From Candidatus Nitrospira inopinata (GTDB lineage: Bacteria > Nitrospirota > Nitrospiria > Nitrospirales > Nitrospiraceae), in NCBI RefSeq assembly GCF_001458695.1, contig NZ_LN885086.1, positions 3,030,001 through 3,062,000 on the forward strand: DNA of 32,000 nucleotides, in the 5' to 3' direction. The notes under the pieces were generated by a model. That model worked only from the letters and a program-made list of their open reading frames with translations, was not told the DNA's origin and ran no database searches. Every line of letters begins with the position of its first letter. Position 1 is the stretch's first letter. Positions 9,818-19,205 of this stretch are shown one piece after another. Made by a program: the position numbers and the translations under genes.

Positions 9818-10279
9818 TCATTTGCCGCTCTTTGCCGCCTCTTTGTCCTCGGCCACCATGGCCGTGACGACCGCTTCGCACACCATTTCGTCGTCGACGT
9901 ACGCCTTCCCCTGCATTTTCCAAAAGGGCGGGCGTTTTTTGAGTACCTCGATTTCGAACCGCAATTGATCGCCGGGCACGACCGGTTTTCTGAATTTCGC
10001 TTCGTCGATGCCGGTCATGTACATGACCGGTCTGCCGGAGGACCATCCGGACTTGAACACCAAGACCCCGCCCGCCTGCGCCATCGCTTCGATGATCAAC
10101 ACCCCCGGCATGACCGGTCGTCCGGGGAAGTGCCCTTGAAAGAACGGCTCGTTGACCGTGACGTTTTTGATCGCGATCACCCGCGTGCCGGGCTCCAGTT
10201 CCTTGACGCGATCGACCAGCAAGAAGGGATAGCGGTGCGGAAGGAACCCCTGAATTTCGACTTGTTCGACCTTACCCAT
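9818..10279 (-). CDS. fabZ: 3-hydroxyacyl-ACP dehydratase
   Basis: 153 aa with LPHRYPFLLVDRV and FFQGHFPGRPVMPGVL signatures. GAGGAGG RBS upstream of the ATG. Confidence 0.95.
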   Translation of the reverse strand: MGKVEQVEIQGFLPHRYPFLLVDRVKELEPGTRVIAIKNVTVNEPFFQGHFPGRPVMPGVLIIEAMAQAGGVLVFKSGWSSGRPVMYMTGIDEAKFRKPVVPGDQLRFEIEVLKKRPPFWKMQGKAYVDDEMVCEAVVTAMVAEDKEAAKSGK

Positions 10280-10324
10280 CGGCGCTGCCTCCTCATTCGG
10301 GCGGTTGTCACACCCCGTTATGCG

Positions 10325-10864
10325 TTAATGATTCTGCCGATCGAACTCCTTGATGACCAGATCGGTGACGTCCAACGTCGGCTTGTGATAGAGCACGATG
10401 CGAAAGAGCGCCTCATTGCCCTTGTCGAGAATGGCCGTATAGCCCTCTTTTTGGGCGACCGCCTTCGCCGCCTCCGCGATCTTCTTCCCATACTCCTCGA
10501 CCATGCTGCGCTGTTTCTCCTGAATCTCGCGATTGAAATCCTGGATTCGTCGGTCATAGGCCGCCAGCTTGCTTTGAAACAGCTCCTGCTTTTCCTGCCT
10601 GGCGGTCTCGCTGAGCTTGCCGTTCGGATCTTCCAACGCCTGCTGAAGCTCTTTGAGCTCCTGTTCGTCGCCGTCGATGATTTTCTGCCTGGTCATGGAG
10701 TAACTTCGAACGCTGTCCAACGCGGCCTTGCCCGCTTTGGACTTTTCCATGACGGCCTGCGTGTCCATGACGCCGACCTTCGCCGACGAAGCGGCGTGGC
10801 CCCACGAAATCGAAACCGCCGTCATGAAGATCCCCGCTATCGCGACGATGCCCGCTTTTTTCAT
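10325..10864 (-). CDS. OmpH/Skp-family periplasmic chaperone (Sec signal peptide)
   Basis: MKKAGIVAIAGIFMTAVSISWGHA signal peptide followed by a K/E/Q-rich coiled-coil body, positioned downstream of bamA. I prefer the ATG at 10864 (GGAGG 8 nt upstream) over the track GTG at 10879. Confidence 0.8.
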   Translation of the reverse strand: MKKAGIVAIAGIFMTAVSISWGHAASSAKVGVMDTQAVMEKSKAGKAALDSVRSYSMTRQKIIDGDEQELKELQQALEDPNGKLSETARQEKQELFQSKLAAYDRRIQDFNREIQEKQRSMVEEYGKKIAEAAKAVAQKEGYTAILDKGNEALFRIVLYHKPTLDVTDLVIKEFDRQNH

Positions 10865-10884
10865 CTTCCGTACCTCCACCGACG

Positions 10885-11451
10885 CTACGGATACTCCCGA
10901 TTGAATTCCTCGATCACCAGGCCCGATATATCGAGCGCGTCATCGTGATAGAGCGTCGGGCCGCCCTTGCTTTTGTCCACAACGATTTGCAACCCCAGCC
11001 GCTTCCCGACTTTCCCCGCCACGAGTTCGACCTTGTCTCGAAAAGCTTCCAGCACGTCCTTCTGTTTTTCCTGTACTTCGCGATTCAGCTCCGCGGCCTT
11101 TTGCTGATAGTCTTGCAGACGTCGTCGGAACTGTTCTTCCCGCTCCCGTCTGGCCGCCGGACTCAGCACGCTGGATTGCTTGACCAAATCCTCTTCCATC
11201 CGGCGCAATTCTTTTTCCTCCAGCTCCATCAGCGCCTGGCGGCTTTTGGAAAACGAGAGCAGATTGTCCTTGGCTTTCTTTCCCGCATTGGTCCGTTCGA
11301 ACACCCGCTGCGCGTCGACGACGCCGATTCTGCCGTCGATCCTCCGCTCGACCTTCAGCCAGGACGAGCTGCACCCCGACGTCAACAGCGCCGCCGCCAG
11401 CGTCGCGCCCGCCGTCCACCTGCCCGCCTGCTCAAACCAGCAGCGATTCAT
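10885..11451 (-). CDS. OmpH/Skp-family protein, probable lipoprotein
   Basis: 188 aa with a lipobox-like LLTSGC after a hydrophobic N-terminus, then a coiled-coil K/E/Q/R-rich body parallel to the neighbouring paralog. Confidence 0.72.
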   Translation of the reverse strand: MNRCWFEQAGRWTAGATLAAALLTSGCSSSWLKVERRIDGRIGVVDAQRVFERTNAGKKAKDNLLSFSKSRQALMELEEKELRRMEEDLVKQSSVLSPAARREREEQFRRRLQDYQQKAAELNREVQEKQKDVLEAFRDKVELVAGKVGKRLGLQIVVDKSKGGPTLYHDDALDISGLVIEEFNREYP

Positions 11452-11490
11452 CCCTTTGCCATCCCCCGCGTTGTGCGCCGGCCGGTTTCG

Positions 11491-13815
11491 TCAGAAAATC
11501 GATCCGATCGTAAACTCAAAGACACCCCCCCGCTCTCCGGGCCGAGGGTCGAGATTGATGCCGTACGCCGCGCGCAAGGGGCCGAACGGCGAGATCCAGC
11601 GCCCCTCGAATCCGGCCGTTTTCCGGAGATCCAACGACAGCGCTTCGTTTTCATCGAATCCTTTTCCATAGTCGAAAAAGATCACGCCGTTCAACTTGGC
11701 CTCAGACGAGATCGTAAAGACCAAGTCAGCGTTGAAGATGATCTGCTTGGCGGCTCCGATCGTGGTGCGCGTCGTCGGCACCACGGGGCCCGCCCGTCCG
11801 AACACGAATCCCCTGACCGTATTGATGCCGCCGACGTAGAACCGCTCGCTGAGCGGGACCGGCTTGCCCTCGAACGGCCGAATCTCGCCGAACCGTCCCC
11901 GGAGCGACAACCTCATGTCGAAGGGAAGGGGGGTGACTTTGATCACGTCCGCGGTGTACTTGATGAAATTGTTGCTGCCGCCCATCCACGGCGTGCCCCA
12001 GTCGAACCCGCCCCCGATCCGCCAGCCAGACCGGGGATCAAGAAAGTAATCCCGCGTGTCGCGAAACGCGTGGATCCTGAATCCCGTTGTCGATTGACGA
12101 CCAAGTTGTTCGCAAATGTCGGGGCGCGATTCGCACACCCCCAACGCCGGGCTTCGGTAGTTGATCTCTTCGCCGAAGATACTGATGCTTCCCGTATTGT
12201 ATTCCGACAACCAGCGACCGAGCGTGATGCTTCCGCCGGTTCGGGATTCGAAAAACGACAGGAAGTTCGTCATGGTTCGATAGCCGTCGACTTGAAACGA
12301 CGTCAGCGAGTCGTTGAGGTACGGATTGCGGAACGTGATCGTGCCCATGCTTCTCCGCTGGCCGAGTTGCCCGCTGATGCGCCCCATGTAGCCGTAGCCG
12401 CCGATGTTCCCTTCGGTGATGTTGGCGATGGCCATCAACCGATCCAACGAGCTGAACCCGCCCCCGATGCTGAACTGGCCGGTCGGCTTCTCCTTGACCC
12501 GGACGTTCAGATCGACTTTATCGGGCGCCACCTTTTCGGGGAGAATTTCGACGGTCTCGAAGAAATTCAAGTTGTTCAGCCGTTGGAAACTCCGCTTGAG
12601 CGACGGGGTGTCGATCACGTCCTGCTCGTCCACCCGAATTTCCCTTCGGATGACGTTGTCGCGGGTTTTGTTGTTTCCGAAAATATTGATTTGGCGGATG
12701 CGCATCATCTCCCCTTCCTTCACGCTGAAGATGATGTTGACGGTCCGCTCCTGATCGTTTGGAATCACGTTGGGCGTGATCTCGGCGAACGAATAGCCCT
12801 TTCCCCCGTATTTGTCGGTCAGGCGGGTGATTTCATCGCGCAGTTTGGCGCGCTGAAAAATCTCGCCCTCTTTGATCATCATCCCCTCGCGCAGTTCGTC
12901 TTCTTCAAACACGGTATGCCCGCGAAAGCCCACCTGGGCCACGGTAAACGGCTCGCCCTCGAAGATGTTGAACGTGACGACGAACCATTGCTTGTCGTCG
13001 GTCAGTTCGACCGACGACAGACTGACTCTGGCGTTAAAGTAGCCCTTATTAAGCAGCACTTCCCTGATCCGTTCCACATCATTCGACAATTCCTCGCGCT
13101 TCAACACGCCGGCGTCCGAGATAAACGAGGGCAGCGCGAAGCGCGTGAAGATCCCGTACCATGGCACCCATTCGCGCGTGCTCAGCACCTTGAACAGCTC
13201 GTCCCTGGTCGTGGCGCGCAGTCCGTCGAACACCACACTTTTCACGCGCGCCTTTTTCCCTTCTTTGATGAAGAACGTCAGCCGTTTGCGCTCCTGATCC
13301 AACGTTTGGACGACCGGGACCACTTGGCAGTTGAAATATCCCTCTTTCTCGTACGCCGCCCGGATGCTCTCCGCGCTTTCCTTGACCTGTTGGAGATCGA
13401 GAAACGTCTGGCTTTTAATGACCGTTTTCTCCTTTAGCTTGTCGTCGCTCAGATGTTCGTTTCCATCGTACACGATCTCGGTGATAAAGGGTTTCTCCCG
13501 CACGACAAAGATCACGGCCGTCCCGTCCGTCACCGATTCGGTTTCGACCTGCACGTCCTCGAAGAACCCCGAATCGTACAAAATCTTGACCTGTCCGCGA
13601 ACGATCTCGGGTTCGTAGAAATCGCCGACCTTGAGCGTCAGACGGCCGAGGATGGCGGGGACTTCAATGCGCTTGTTTCCGCGAATCTCGATCGACTGCA
13701 CCCTGGAGCCGACGGTTTCGGAAACCGCTTCGCACCACGCGGACAGCGCGGAGCCCATCACAGCCAGGGTGATCAGCCATCGAATTTGTTTCAGGAAAGT
13801 CGTGGTCACCGACAA
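11491..13815 (-). CDS. bamA: Outer membrane protein assembly factor BamA
   Basis: 774 aa with a signal peptide and repeated POTRA-like modules (IEIRGNKRI..., VVFDGL..., VGFRGHTVF..., INIFGNNKT...). C-terminal beta-barrel ends in an aromatic residue (FEFTIGSIF). The start is TTG at 13815; a GTG at 13809 is possible. Confidence 0.95.
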   Translation of the reverse strand: MSVTTTFLKQIRWLITLAVMGSALSAWCEAVSETVGSRVQSIEIRGNKRIEVPAILGRLTLKVGDFYEPEIVRGQVKILYDSGFFEDVQVETESVTDGTAVIFVVREKPFITEIVYDGNEHLSDDKLKEKTVIKSQTFLDLQQVKESAESIRAAYEKEGYFNCQVVPVVQTLDQERKRLTFFIKEGKKARVKSVVFDGLRATTRDELFKVLSTREWVPWYGIFTRFALPSFISDAGVLKREELSNDVERIREVLLNKGYFNARVSLSSVELTDDKQWFVVTFNIFEGEPFTVAQVGFRGHTVFEEDELREGMMIKEGEIFQRAKLRDEITRLTDKYGGKGYSFAEITPNVIPNDQERTVNIIFSVKEGEMMRIRQINIFGNNKTRDNVIRREIRVDEQDVIDTPSLKRSFQRLNNLNFFETVEILPEKVAPDKVDLNVRVKEKPTGQFSIGGGFSSLDRLMAIANITEGNIGGYGYMGRISGQLGQRRSMGTITFRNPYLNDSLTSFQVDGYRTMTNFLSFFESRTGGSITLGRWLSEYNTGSISIFGEEINYRSPALGVCESRPDICEQLGRQSTTGFRIHAFRDTRDYFLDPRSGWRIGGGFDWGTPWMGGSNNFIKYTADVIKVTPLPFDMRLSLRGRFGEIRPFEGKPVPLSERFYVGGINTVRGFVFGRAGPVVPTTRTTIGAAKQIIFNADLVFTISSEAKLNGVIFFDYGKGFDENEALSLDLRKTAGFEGRWISPFGPLRAAYGINLDPRPGERGGVFEFTIGSIF

Positions 13816-14087
13816 GGATTCCGTTATCGAACGGCCGACACCGAAGACGATCCTCAGCGTTCTTCTCGATCATCAGAACAAAACGACGGGAACGTGAGCG
13901 TCCGCCGACGAGACAGGGCGGGCTCGTTCCAACTCCATACCCAAAAAAACTGTCGGATTATATTGATGCGTCCACCCATTGTAAAGGACTTGGTACCGAA
14001 TGCTCCTGAATTCGATGCGTCGATGGTTCCTCACGCGCGGTCGCGTCGTCTCGCGTTTCATCGGCCCGAACGCGAGTCGCCCTTTTC

Positions 14088-14116
14088 TTGACATCCCCTC
14101 CCCCATCACATAGTAT
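14088..14116 (+). promoter_or_regulatory. Near-consensus sigma-70-type promoter of galU (TTGACA-N17-TAGTAT)
   Basis: TTGACA at 14088-14093, a 17-nt spacer, and TAGTAT at 14111-14116. The galU ATG (14124) lies only 7 nt after the -10 element. Confidence 0.55.
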
Positions 14117-14123
14117 CCGCTGC

Positions 14124-15020
14124 ATGTCTCGCGTGGCCGTCAGAAAAGCCGTGCTCCCCGCAGCGGGCCTGGGCACTCGTTTCCTTCCCGCGACAAAGGC
14201 TTCACCCAAAGAAATGCTGCCGTTGGTGGACAAGCCCCTGATTCAATACGCGGTGGAAGAGGCGGTGGCATCGGGCATCGAGGACATCATCGTGATCACG
14301 GGTCGGGGCAAACGGGCGATCGAAGATCACTTCGATCGATCGGTCGAACTCGAAGAGAACCTGAAAGGAACGGGGAAAAGCCAAATTCTCCATCAAATTC
14401 GCCAGATTTCAACCCTCGCCAATTTCTGCTACGTGCGGCAGCAGGAAGCGCTGGGATTGGGCCACGCCGTCTTGTGCGCCCAACACTTGATCGGCGACGA
14501 GCCGTTTGCGGTGATTCTCGGCGATGAGATCATCGACGCCGAGGTGCCGGCGCTCGCGCAATTGATTCACGTCTACCGCAAACGCCAAGGCGCGGTGCTC
14601 GGTGTCCAGGAGGTATCCAAATCCGACGTCGGTCGATACGGCATCGTGACCCCCAAGCGGCTCGCCCAAGGGCTGTATCGGGTCGAAGACATGGTGGAAA
14701 AGCCGTCTCCCGCCGACGCGCCCTCCACACTGGCCGTGATCGGACGATATATTCTTCCCCCCGAGATTTTCCCCATCCTGCGAAAAACGCCCCCGGGAAA
14801 AAACGGAGAAATTCAGTTGACCGACGCGCTCAAAGAGCTGGGCAGGAAATCCCCGATGTTCGCGCATGAAATTCAGGGGCAGCGCCACGACGCCGGGGAC
14901 AAACTCGGATTTCTGATTGCGACCGTCGAGTTCGCGCTCAAGAACCCCTCGTTGGGCGCCGACTTTCGTGAATACCTGTTGTCCCGAACCCGCACGATGG
15001 TTCAGAACCGTCGCACATAA
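14124..15020 (+). CDS. galU: UTP--glucose-1-phosphate uridylyltransferase
   Basis: MSRVAVRKAVLPAAGLGTRFLPATKASPKEMLPLVDKPLIQY is the canonical GalU N-terminus. The track start at 14088 (TTG) falls inside the promoter -35 element and is rejected. Confidence 0.9.
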   Translation: MSRVAVRKAVLPAAGLGTRFLPATKASPKEMLPLVDKPLIQYAVEEAVASGIEDIIVITGRGKRAIEDHFDRSVELEENLKGTGKSQILHQIRQISTLANFCYVRQQEALGLGHAVLCAQHLIGDEPFAVILGDEIIDAEVPALAQLIHVYRKRQGAVLGVQEVSKSDVGRYGIVTPKRLAQGLYRVEDMVEKPSPADAPSTLAVIGRYILPPEIFPILRKTPPGKNGEIQLTDALKELGRKSPMFAHEIQGQRHDAGDKLGFLIATVEFALKNPSLGADFREYLLSRTRTMVQNRRT

Positions 15021-15101
15021 GGCCGCTCCGCCATCTTTTATGCCCGGGTCCGTCGAAGACGGCCGTCTTTAACCCGGGCGAACGCCAAGAAAGAGCGCAC
15101 A

Positions 15102-17588
15102 ATGAATGATCTGAACGAGCAAGAAATCCAGGTTCCCCAAAACATCGAAATTCCGGCGCAGCTCCCGCTCCTGCCGGTCCGCGACATCGTCGTCTTCCCC
15201 TACATGGTGCTCCCGCTTTTCGTCGGACGCGAAATGTCGATCAAGGCCATTGAGGCGGCCTTGGCCGGCAACCGCATGATCTTTCTCGCCACGCAAAAGG
15301 CCCTCGACGTCGAGAATCCTTCCCCCGACGACATCCATACGATCGGCACGGCGGGCATCATCATGCGGATGCTCAAGCTGCCCGACGAGCGGATCAAAAT
15401 CCTGGTCCAAGGGATCGCGAAAGGAAAGATCGTCAAATACATTCAGACGGATCCGTACTTCTCCGTTCGGATCGACAGACTGGCCGACGCGAAACCCGCG
15501 GCGACCGCGTTGGAGGCCGAAGCGGTCATGCGCACGGTCAAGGAACAGATCGAGCGTCTCGTCAGCCTCGGCAAAGCCCTGATTCCCGACGTCATGGTTG
15601 TGATCGAGAACCTCGAAGAGCCGGGGCGATTGGCCGATATGGTGGCGTCCAATCTCGGCCTGAAAGTCGATGTGACCCAGACCGTGCTGGAAGTGCTCGA
15701 CCCGATTCAACGTCTCCGCCGAGTCAGCGACATCCTCGCCAAAGAAATCGAAGTTCTGTCCATGCAGCAAAAAATCCAGGCGCAGGCGAAAGGCGAGATG
15801 GACAAGACCCAGCGCGAGTACTTCCTGCGCGAACAGCTCAAAGCGATACAAAAAGAACTGGGCGAATCGGACGAGCGGACGGAAGAAATCACCGAGTTCC
15901 GCAAACGGATCGCCGACGCCAAGATGCCCGAGAAGGTGCTCAAGGAAGCCGAAAAACAGCTCAAACGTTTGGAAAAAATGCACCCGGACACCGCCGAATC
16001 CGCCACGGTCCGTACCTATTTGGAATGGATGGTCGAACTGCCGTGGTCCAAACGGTCGAAAGACAACCTCGACCTGAGAGCCGCGGCCAAAGTGCTGAAC
16101 GAAGACCACTATGACCTGGAGAAGGTCAAGGAGCGGATTTTGGAGTACCTGGCCGTCCGCAAGCTCAAGGAGAAGATGAAGGGCCCCATTCTCTGTTTCG
16201 TCGGCCCGCCGGGCGTCGGAAAAACCTCGTTGGGCAAGTCGATCGCCCGCGCGCTGGGCCGGGAATTCGTCCGCATCAGTCTGGGCGGCGTCCGCGACGA
16301 AGCCGAAATTCGAGGACATCGCCGCACCTACGTCGGAGCGCTGCCGGGCCGCATCATCCAGGGATTGAAACAGGCCGGGACGGCCAATCCCGTGTTCATG
16401 CTGGACGAAGTCGATAAAGTTGGCATGGATTTCCGCGGCGACCCCTCCGCGGCCCTCCTTGAAGTATTGGACCCGGAACAAAACGCCTCTTTCACCGACC
16501 ATTACCTGGGCGTGCCCTTCGATTTGAGCGAGGTCATGTTCATCACCACGTCCAACTTGATCGATCCCATCCTCCCCGCTCTCCGCGACCGAATGGAGAT
16601 CATCGAAATCCCCGGCTACACGGAAGAGGAAAAGCTCGGCATCGCCCAGAAGTACTTGATCCCACGCCAATTGGAAGAACACGGAATCACGAGCGAACAT
16701 GTCCATGTCACCGAGCCCGCCATCAGGAAAATCATCTCGCACTACACGCGGGAAGCCGGCGTGCGAAACTTGGAACGCGAGATCGCCAACATCATGCGCA
16801 AGACGGCCAAAAAGGTCGCCGAAGGCAAGGGGCGGGGCTTCACGGTCGATCCGTCCAATCTGCACAAGTACCTCGGCGTTCCGAAACACGTGCCCGAGGC
16901 GGAACTGGAAAAAGACGAAGTCGGCGTGGCGACCGGCTTGGCTTGGACCGAAACGGGAGGAGACGTGCTTCACATCGAAGCCACCGTCATGAAAGGCAAG
17001 GGGCAGTTGACCCTGACGGGGCATCTGGGCGACGTCATGAAAGAGTCCGCGCAGGCGGCACTCAGTTACGTGCGATCCCGAGAAAAGACGCTGCACATCA
17101 ATCCGGATATGTTCGGCAAGCAAGACCTGCACATCCACGTGCCGGCCGGCGCGATCCCGAAAGACGGACCGTCGGCAGGCATCACGATGGCAACCGCCGT
17201 CGCGTCGGCTTTGTCGGGCATTCCCGTGCGGAGGGATCTCGCGATGACCGGAGAGATCACGTTACGGGGGCGCGTGCTGCCGGTCGGCGGGCTCAAGGAG
17301 AAAATTCTGGCCGCCAAGCGGGCCAGGCTGACGACGGTGATCCTGCCGCGGCGCAACCGGAAAGATCTGGAGGAGATTCCCAAACATCTTTTGAAAGGCA
17401 TCCGGATCTTATTCGTCGATACGATGGACGAGGTAATGAAGGTCGCGCTGGAGCGCAAAACCAAGACGGCGCCGAAGCCCAAGAAATCCTCGTCGTCTTC
17501 CTCAACGGCGACGCCTTCTCGGCCCAGCCACGTGGAGAAACGACGGCGGGAACGGAGCCGCGCGCCGGAACTGCCGGCCGTGTTATAA
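15102..17588 (+). CDS. lon: ATP-dependent Lon protease
   Basis: 828 aa with an N-terminal LON substrate domain ([23 protein letters not shown]), Walker [10 protein letters not shown], catalytic Ser in [12 protein letters not shown] and Lys in [13 protein letters not shown]. Confidence 0.95.
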   Translation: MNDLNEQEIQVPQNIEIPAQLPLLPVRDIVVFPYMVLPLFVGREMSIKAIEAALAGNRMIFLATQKALDVENPSPDDIHTIGTAGIIMRMLKLPDERIKILVQGIAKGKIVKYIQTDPYFSVRIDRLADAKPAATALEAEAVMRTVKEQIERLVSLGKALIPDVMVVIENLEEPGRLADMVASNLGLKVDVTQTVLEVLDPIQRLRRVSDILAKEIEVLSMQQKIQAQAKGEMDKTQREYFLREQLKAIQKELGESDERTEEITEFRKRIADAKMPEKVLKEAEKQLKRLEKMHPDTAESATVRTYLEWMVELPWSKRSKDNLDLRAAAKVLNEDHYDLEKVKERILEYLAVRKLKEKMKGPILCFVGPPGVGKTSLGKSIARALGREFVRISLGGVRDEAEIRGHRRTYVGALPGRIIQGLKQAGTANPVFMLDEVDKVGMDFRGDPSAALLEVLDPEQNASFTDHYLGVPFDLSEVMFITTSNLIDPILPALRDRMEIIEIPGYTEEEKLGIAQKYLIPRQLEEHGITSEHVHVTEPAIRKIISHYTREAGVRNLEREIANIMRKTAKKVAEGKGRGFTVDPSNLHKYLGVPKHVPEAELEKDEVGVATGLAWTETGGDVLHIEATVMKGKGQLTLTGHLGDVMKESAQAALSYVRSREKTLHINPDMFGKQDLHIHVPAGAIPKDGPSAGITMATAVASALSGIPVRRDLAMTGEITLRGRVLPVGGLKEKILAAKRARLTTVILPRRNRKDLEEIPKHLLKGIRILFVDTMDEVMKVALERKTKTAPKPKKSSSSSSTATPSRPSHVEKRRRERSRAPELPAVL

Positions 17589-17634
17589 AGTATCCGGACG
17601 ATTCATCGCCCCACTAACCCCACTCCGGCGACCC

Positions 17635-18681
17635 GTGGCTAGGCGGAAGGTTTCTTCCATCGCGGAATTTTCCTTGATCCGGGCGATCGCGCGCCGGTTT
17701 GCCGGACGCGCTCCGCGCCTTATCAAGGGAATCGGCGACGATGCCGCCGTCGTCGCGGCGAAAGAACCGTCGTGGTGGCACGTGACGACGGACCTGTTGG
17801 CGGAGGGCGTTCATTTTGATCTCAACACGGCCGACCCCGTCACGATCGGCTATCGCGCGGCCATGGCCAACCTCAGCGACATCGCCGCCATGGGAGCCGT
17901 TCCTCGCTACCTGCTGATGACGCTCGCGATTCCCCGTCGTTTCAAATCGGCGTCCGTTTTCGCGATCTACGACGGTCTCATGGAGGCCTGCCGTCTTCAC
18001 GACGTCGCGCTGATCGGCGGCGACACGTCGGCCTCCCGCGCCGGCTTGTTTCTCGGCATCACGCTCATCGGCGACACGGCCGCGGGCCGAGCTCTGTTTC
18101 GTCACGGAGCCGGCATCGGCGATTACATCTACGTGACGGGGACGTTGGGAGACTCTTTAGCGGGGTTCAGGTTGCTGAGCGAGCGCCGATCGCCCCGTTC
18201 GACGAACCGGCGCTCTCTTTCGCCGCCCGCGGCCGATCGTCGCCTCCTCATCGAGCGCCACCTCCGTCCGTCGGCCCGCGTGAAGGAAGGCCGATGGCTC
18301 AACCAGGAACGATTGGCAAGCGCCGCCATCGATCTGTCGGACGGCCTGTCCGGAGACCTTCGGCATATCTGTGAAGAAAGCGGCGTGGGAGCGGAAATCG
18401 ACGGCGACGCGCTCCCGATTTCGGCGTCCTGCCGAGCCTACGCGGAGAGCCGCCGCCTGTCGCCCGTTGATTTGGCGGTCGCGGGGGGTGAAGATTACGA
18501 GCTCTTGTTTACGGCTCCACCGCGAATGCACGCAACCATCGAGCGGCAGGCCCGCGCGAGAGGATTTCAGATCACCCGCATCGGCACTGTTCGACACCGG
18601 CGATTCGGGATTCGCATGAAAGACACCGACGGCATCACGCGGCCGATGCCCGTCACCAGCTACGAACACTTCTTCGCATGA
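17635..18681 (+). CDS. thiL: Thiamine-monophosphate kinase
   Basis: 348 aa with EFSLIRAI...GIGDDAAVV and the AIR-synthase-like/PurM fold pattern typical of ThiL. GTG start. Confidence 0.85.
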   Translation: MARRKVSSIAEFSLIRAIARRFAGRAPRLIKGIGDDAAVVAAKEPSWWHVTTDLLAEGVHFDLNTADPVTIGYRAAMANLSDIAAMGAVPRYLLMTLAIPRRFKSASVFAIYDGLMEACRLHDVALIGGDTSASRAGLFLGITLIGDTAAGRALFRHGAGIGDYIYVTGTLGDSLAGFRLLSERRSPRSTNRRSLSPPAADRRLLIERHLRPSARVKEGRWLNQERLASAAIDLSDGLSGDLRHICEESGVGAEIDGDALPISASCRAYAESRRLSPVDLAVAGGEDYELLFTAPPRMHATIERQARARGFQITRIGTVRHRRFGIRMKDTDGITRPMPVTSYEHFFA

Positions 18682-19193
18682 CGCCTCCGGACAAACAGAC
18701 CTCGACGCGCCGCGTCCGTTCTTTCAGGGCCTTGTTACGTCAGGTGCTTCGCCTTGAAGAGCCCCCGCAGCGGACCGCCCTCGCCTTCGCCGTGGGCGTG
18801 TTCATCGCGTTTTGCCCGGCGTACGGGCTCCACACGATCATGGCGATCCTGTGCGCGTGGCTTTTCGGTCTCAACGTGGTGGCGCTCTTGGCCGGCGCCT
18901 TCGTCAACAACCCGTGGACGATCGTGCCGATCCTGGGGGCGACCTATTGGACCGGCGCCCGGTTGTTGGGGCAGACGGAAATTCCGCCGCTGACGTGGAA
19001 CGATCTCAGTTTCGTGGGGATTTACACGCAGGTCGCGCCGTACCTGATTCCGTTCGTCGTCGGCGGAGTGGTCTTGAGCCTGATCGGGGCGCTCGTGTCG
19101 TACCCGCTGGCGTACGCGTTCATTCTCCGGTATCGCGCGACGCCCGACCGGGCGTCGCGCCCGTCGTTGCCGCCTTCAAACCAAGTGAGCTAA
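18678..19193 (+). CDS. DUF2062-family membrane protein
   Basis: 171 aa with three or four hydrophobic helices and the pattern AFAVGVFIAFCPAYGLH...NNPWTIVP, typical of DUF2062. ATGA overlap with the thiL stop. Confidence 0.7.
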   Translation: MTPPDKQTSTRRVRSFRALLRQVLRLEEPPQRTALAFAVGVFIAFCPAYGLHTIMAILCAWLFGLNVVALLAGAFVNNPWTIVPILGATYWTGARLLGQTEIPPLTWNDLSFVGIYTQVAPYLIPFVVGGVVLSLIGALVSYPLAYAFILRYRATPDRASRPSLPPSNQVS

Positions 19194-19205
19194 GATCGAT
19201 TCGTC

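Noticed and set aside
9741-10046. N-terminal extension of the lpxA ORF (track start at 10046)
   Set aside because: The extension overlaps fabZ in another frame and translates to Arg/Gly-rich nonsense. Conserved LpxA sequence begins at VKIHPTAIV, with a GGAGG RBS before the GTG at 9740.
10945-13437. 830-aa plus-strand ORF, the longest in the track
   Set aside because: It is antisense to bamA, and the translation is low-complexity Arg/Pro/His/Asp/Leu-rich with no motifs. This is the typical stop-free shadow frame of a high-GC gene. The same reasoning rejects 1708-3210 (+), 4090-5727 (+), 5790-6803 (+), 6938-8098 (+), 8121-8972 (+), 9776-10948 (+), 15069-17138 (-), 18812-19960 (+), 19665-20423 (-), 20719-21462 (+) and 27813-28580 (-), plus the many shorter nested ORFs.
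14088-14123. Upstream TTG start for galU given in the ORF track
   Set aside because: The TTG is part of the TTGACA -35 hexamer. The 12 extra residues (MTSPPPSHSIRC) have no counterpart in the GalU N-terminus, which aligns from the ATG at 14124.
15043-15078. Nested palindrome between galU and lon (CCCGGG...GAAGACGG/CCGTCTT...CCCGGG) as a galU terminator
   Set aside because: It can fold, but the inner stem has essentially no loop and no U-tract follows. I cannot support calling it an intrinsic terminator. It may be a structured spacer only.
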